From Azolla caroliniana (Eukaryota; Plantae; Polypodiophyta): a DNA stretch of 13,956 bases. Below are positions 9,143-13,956 of this stretch, one piece after another. The stretch covers positions 1 through 13,956 of the forward strand of contig JBHGNT010000911.1 of NCBI GenBank assembly GCA_043228905.1. Reading direction: 5' to 3'. The stretch's first letter is position 1, and every line of letters starts with the position of its first letter. A model generated the notes under the pieces. The model was not told the origin of the DNA and made no database searches. It was given only the letters and a program-made list of their open reading frames with translations. The position numbers and the translations under genes are program-made.

Positions 9143-11272
9143 CTCTTCTCAACCACCTCCTCAAATTTGGTAATTTCGTCATGTCTCTCGACCTGAGTTT
9201 CAAAATCTTGATTTTTTAAAACCATATCATAGCTAGCGTTGTTAGCTTCGATTCGGAGGTTTGAACACTAAAATCCGATATCACGCGAGCCACATATGAA
9301 CATTTTCATTTACTCACGCGCTCTTCTCAACCACCTCCTCAAATTTGGTAATTTCGTCGTGTCTCTCGACCTGAATTTGAAAATCTTGTTTTTTTAATTC
9401 TATATCATAGCTAGCGTTGTTAGCTTCGATTCGCATGTTTGAACACAAAAATCTGATATCACACGAGCCACGTATGAACATTTTAATTTAGCTACTACCT
9501 CTTCTCAAGCACCTCCTCAAATTTGGTAATTTCGTCATGTCTCTCGACCTGAGTTCCAAAATCTTGATTTTTTAATTCTATATCATAGCTAGCGTTGTTA
9601 GCTTCGATTCGCATGTTTGAACACAAAAATCCGATATCACACGAGCCACGTATGAACATTTTAATTTACTCACGCGCTCTTCTCAACTCCCTCCTCAAAT
9701 TTGCTAATTTCGTCATGTCTCTCGACCTGAGTTTCAAAATCTTGATTTTTTAATTCTATATCATAGCTAGCGTTGTTAGCTTCGATTCGCATGTTTGAAC
9801 ACAAAAATCCGATATCACACGAGCCACGTATGAACATTTTAATTTAACTACTAGCTCTTCTCAACCACCTCCTCAATTTTGGTAAATTCGTCATGTCTCT
9901 CGACCTGAGTTTCAAAATCTTGATTTTTTAAATCCATATCATAGCTAGCGTTGTTAGCTTCGATTCGGAGGTTTGAACACTAAAATCTGATATCACACGA
10001 GCCACATATGAACATTTTAATTTACTCACGCTCTTCTCAACCACCTCCTCAAATTTGGTAATTTCGTCCTGTCTCTCGACCTGAGTTTCAAAATCTTTAT
10101 TGTTAATTCTATATCATAGCTAGCGTTGTTAGCTTCGATTCGCATGTTTGAACACAAAAATCCGATATCACACGAGCCACGTATGAACATTTTAATTTAA
10201 CTACTAGCTCTTCTCAACCACCTCCTCAAATTTGGTAATTTCGTCATGTCTGTCGACCTGAGTTTCAAAATCTTGATTTTTTAAAACCATATCATAGCTA
10301 GCGTTGTTAGCTTCGATTCGGAGGTTTGAACACTAAAATCCGATATCACGTGAGCCACATATGAACATTTTCATTTACTCACGCGCTCTTGTCAACCACC
10401 TCCTCAAATTTGGTAATTTCGTCGTGTCTCTCGACCTGAATTTGAAAATCTTGTTTTTCTAATTCTATATCATAGCTAGCGTTCTTAGCTTCGATTCGCA
10501 TGTTTGAACACAAAAATCTGATATCACACGAGCCACGTATGAACATTTTAATTTAGCTACTACCTCTTCTCAACCACCTCCTCAAATTTGGTAATTTCGT
10601 CATGTCTCTCGACCTGAGTTTCAAAATCTTGATTTTTTAATTCTATATCATAGCTAGCGTTGTTAGCTTCGATTCGCATGTTTGAACACAAAAATCCGAT
10701 ATCACACGAGCCACGTATGAACATTTTAATTTACTCACGCGCTCTTCTCAACTCCCTCCTCAAATTTGCTAATTTCGTCATGTCTCTCGACCTGAGTTTC
10801 AAAATCTTGATTTTTTAATTCTATATCATAGCTAGCGTTGTTAGCTTCGATTCGCATGTTTGAACACAAAAATCCGATATCACACGAGCCACGTATGAAC
10901 ATTTTAATTTAACTACTAGCTCTTCTCAACCACCTCCTCAATTTTGGTAAATTTGTCATGTCTCTCGACCTGAGTTTCAAAATCTTGATTTTTTAAATCC
11001 ATATCATAGCTAGCGTTGTTAGCTTCGATTCGGAGGTTTGAACACTAAAATCTGATATCACACGAGCCACATATGAACATTTTAATTTACTCACGCTCTT
11101 CTCAACCACCTCCTCAAATTTGGTAATTTCGTCCTGTCTCTCGACCTGAGTTTCAAAATCTTTATTGTTAATTCTATATCATAGCTAGCGTTGTTAGCTT
11201 CGATTCGCATGTTTGAACACAAAAATCCGATATCACACGAGCCACGTATGAACATTTTAATTTAGCTACTAG
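9143..11272 (+). repeat. Two tandem copies of a 6-monomer higher-order repeat (1065 bp)
   Basis: The ordered variants AAAACCAT/GGAGG, GAATTTG+TTGTTTT+TACTACCT, near-consensus, ACTCCCT, GTAAATT+CTCACGCTCT (176 bp), TCCTG+CTTTATTGTT (177 bp) start at 9143 and again at 10208 (offset 1065 = 6x178-3). They recur at 11985 and 13050. Confidence 0.88.
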
Positions 11273-13956
11273 CTCTTCTCAACCACCTCCTCAAATTTGG
11301 TAATTTCGTCGTGTCTCTCGACCTGAGTTTCAAGATCTTGATTTTTTAATTCTATATCATAGCTAGCGTTGTTAGCTTCGATTCGCATGTTTGAACACAA
11401 AAATCCGATATCACACGAGCCACATATGAACATTTTAATTTAGCTACTAGGTCTTCTCAACCACCTCCTCAAATTTGGTAATTTCGTCATGTCTGTCGAC
11501 CTGAGTTTCAAAATCTTGATTTTTTAAAACCATATCATAGCTAGCGTTGTTAGCTTCGATTCGGAGGTTTGAACACTAAAATCCGATATCACGCGAGCCA
11601 CATATGAACATTTTCATTTACTCACGCGCTCTTGTCAACCACCTCCTCAAATTTGGTAATTTCGTCGTGTCTCTCGACCTGAATTTGAAAATCTTGTTTT
11701 TTTAATTCTATATCATAGCTAGCGTTGTTAGCTTCGATTCGCATGTTTGAACACAAAAATCTGATATCACACGAGCCACGTATGAACATTTTAATTTAGC
11801 TACTACCTCTTCTCAACCACCTCCTCAAATTTGGTAATTTCGTCATGTCTCTCGACCTGAGTTTCAAAATCTTGATTTTTTAATTCTATATCATAGCTAG
11901 CGTTGTTAGCTTCGATTCGCATGTTTGAACACAAAAATCCGATATCACACGCGCCAGGTATCAACATTTTAATTTAGCTACTAGCTCTTCTCAACCACCT
12001 CCTCAAATTTGGTAATTTCGTCATGTCTCTCGACCTGAGTTTCAAAATGTTGATTTTTTAAAACCATATCATAGCTAGCGTTGTTAGCTTCGATTCGGAG
12101 GTTTGAACACTAAAATCCGATATCACGCGAGCCACATATGAACATTTTCATTTACTCACGCGCTCTTCTCAACCACCTCCTCAAATTTGGTAATTTCGTC
12201 GTGTCTCTCGACCTGAATTTGAAAATCTTGTTTTTTTAATTCTATATCATAGCTAGCGTTGTTAGCTTCGATTCGCATGTTTGAACACAAAAATCTGATA
12301 TCACACGAGCCACGTATGAACATTTTAATTTAGCTACTACCTCTTCTCAAGCACCTCCTCAAATTTGGTAATTTCGTCATGTCTCTCGACCTGAGTTCCA
12401 AAATCTTGATTTTTTAATTCTATATCATAGCTAGCGTTGTTAGCTTCGATTCGCATGTTTGAACACAAAAATCCGATATCACACGAGCCACGTATGAACA
12501 TTTTAATTTACTCACGCGCTCTTCTCAACTCCCTCCTCAAATTTGCTAATTTCGTCATGTCTCTCGACCTGAGTTTCAAAATCTTGATTTTTTAATTCTA
12601 TATCATAGCTAGCGTTGTTAGCTTCGATTCGCATGTTTGAACACAAAAATCCGATATCACACGAGCCACGTATGAACATTTTAATTTAACTACTAGCTCT
12701 TCTCAACCACCTCCTCAATTTTGGTAAATTCGTCATGTCTCTCGACCTGAGTTTCAAAATCTTGATTTTTTAAATCCATATCATAGCTAGCGTTGTTAGC
12801 TTCGATTCGGAGGTTTGAACACTAAAATCTGATATCACACGAGCCACATATGAACATTTTAATTTACTCACGCTCTTCTCAACCACCTCCTCAAATTTGG
12901 TAATTTCGTCCTGTCTCTCGACCTGAGTTTCAAAATCTTTATTGTTAATTCTATATCATAGCTAGCGTTGTTAGCTTCGATTCGCATGTTTGAACACAAA
13001 AATCCGATATCACACGAGCCACGTATGAACATTTTAATTTAACTACTAGCTCTTCTCAACCACCTCCTCAAATTTGGTAATTTCGTCATGTCTGTCGACC
13101 TGAGTTTCAAAATCTTGATTTTTTAAAACCATATCATAGCTAGCGTTGTTAGCTTCGATTCGGAGGTTTGAACACTAAAATCCGATATCACGTGAGCCAC
13201 ATATGAACATTTTCATTTACTCACGCGCTCTTGTCAACCACCTCCTCAAATTTGGTAATTTCGTCGTGTCTCTCGACCTGAATTTGAAAATCTTGTTTTT
13301 CTAATTCTATATCATAGCTAGCGTTCTTAGCTTCGATTCGCATGTTTGAACACAAAAATCTGATATCACACGAGCCACGTATGAACATTTTAATTTAGCT
13401 ACTACCTCTTCTCAACCACCTCCTCAAATTTGGTAATTTCGTCATGTCTCTCGACCTGAGTTTCAAAATCTTGATTTTTTAATTCTATATCATAGCTAGC
13501 GTTGTTAGCTTCGATTCGCATGTTTGAACACAAAAATCCGATATCACACGAGCCACGTATGAACATTTTAATTTACTCACGCGCTCTTCTCAACTCCCTC
13601 CTCAAATTTGCTAATTTCGTCATGTCTCTCGACCTGAGTTTCAAAATCTTGATTTTTTAATTCTATATCATAGCTAGCGTTGTTAGCTTCGATTCGCATG
13701 TTTGAACACAAAAATCCGATATCACACGAGCCACGTATGAACATTTTAATTTAACTACTAGCTCTTCTCAACCACCTCCTCAATTTTGGTAAATTTGTCA
13801 TGTCTCTCGACCTGAGTTTCAAAATCTTGATTTTTTAAATCCATATCATAGCTAGCGTTGTTAGCTTCGATTCGGAGGTTTGAACACTAAAATCTGATAT
13901 CACACGAGCCACATATGAACATTTTAATTTACTCACGCTCTTCTCAACCACCTCCT
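9143..13956 (+). repeat. 16-monomer (2842-bp) super-HOR (6+6+4 monomers), ~1.7 copies in the window
   Basis: Private variants recur at exactly +2842: CTCAAGCAC (G at 9509 and 12351) with GAGTTCC in the same monomer, CACGTGAG (10351/13193), GTAAATTTGTC (10954/13796), and monomer starts 11096/13938. Confidence 0.9.

Larger units (their letters stand above)
675..13956 (+). repeat. Tandem satellite DNA array, 178-bp monomer, ~75 copies, main orientation (strand label arbitrary); possibly centromeric/pericentromeric
   Basis: The anchor CTCTTCTCAACCACCTCCTCAAATTTGG (or a close variant) recurs at 987, 1165, 1343, 1521, 1699, 1877 ... 13762, 13938, a 178-bp period. Monomers are 176 bp with the CTCACGCTCT variant and 177 bp with the ATTGTTAATT variant. 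Consensus: CTCTTCTCAACCACCTCCTCAAATTTGGTAATTTCGTCATGTCTCTCGACCTGAGTTTCAAAATCTTGATTTTTTAATTCTATATCATAGCTAGCGTTGTTAGCTTCGATTCGCATGTTTGAACACAAAAATCCGATATCACACGAGCCACGTATGAACATTTTAATTTAGCTACTAG. The centromeric role is inference from monomer length and HOR structure only. Confidence 0.98.

Noticed and set aside
1-13956. CRISPR array or other repeat-spacer system
   Set aside because: There are no unique spacers: the whole 178 bp is repeated. The only unique segment is a synthetic adapter, and no cas genes are present.

Overview
The whole 13,956-bp window is one eukaryotic-type tandem satellite DNA array. The monomer is 178 bp (176/177-bp variants occur), about 36-37% GC by hand count, in roughly 78 copies. 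I see no credible protein-coding gene, RNA gene, CRISPR array or transposon, and all four ORFs are chance read-throughs of the monomer. Four kinds of structure break the monotony. (1) At 346-369, a 24-nt non-satellite segment GCAGTGGTATCAACGCAGAGTACT matches the SMART/ISPCR and PacBio ultra-low-input amplification adapter and replaces exactly 24 nt of satellite; it is almost certainly a library/assembly artefact. (2) The array switches orientation at 675-677, with a 3-bp microhomology and fold-back geometry. (3) Two small internal deletions occur at ~817 and ~4991. (4) There is higher-order repeat (HOR) organisation, irregular from ~680 to 9140, then a 6-monomer (1065-bp) unit nested in a 16-monomer (2842-bp) unit. 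I find no support for a novel gene system. The biology of interest is satellite/possible centromere evolution, and the first ~1.1 kb is suspect until checked against unamplified reads. I cannot identify the species or the satellite family from the sequence.
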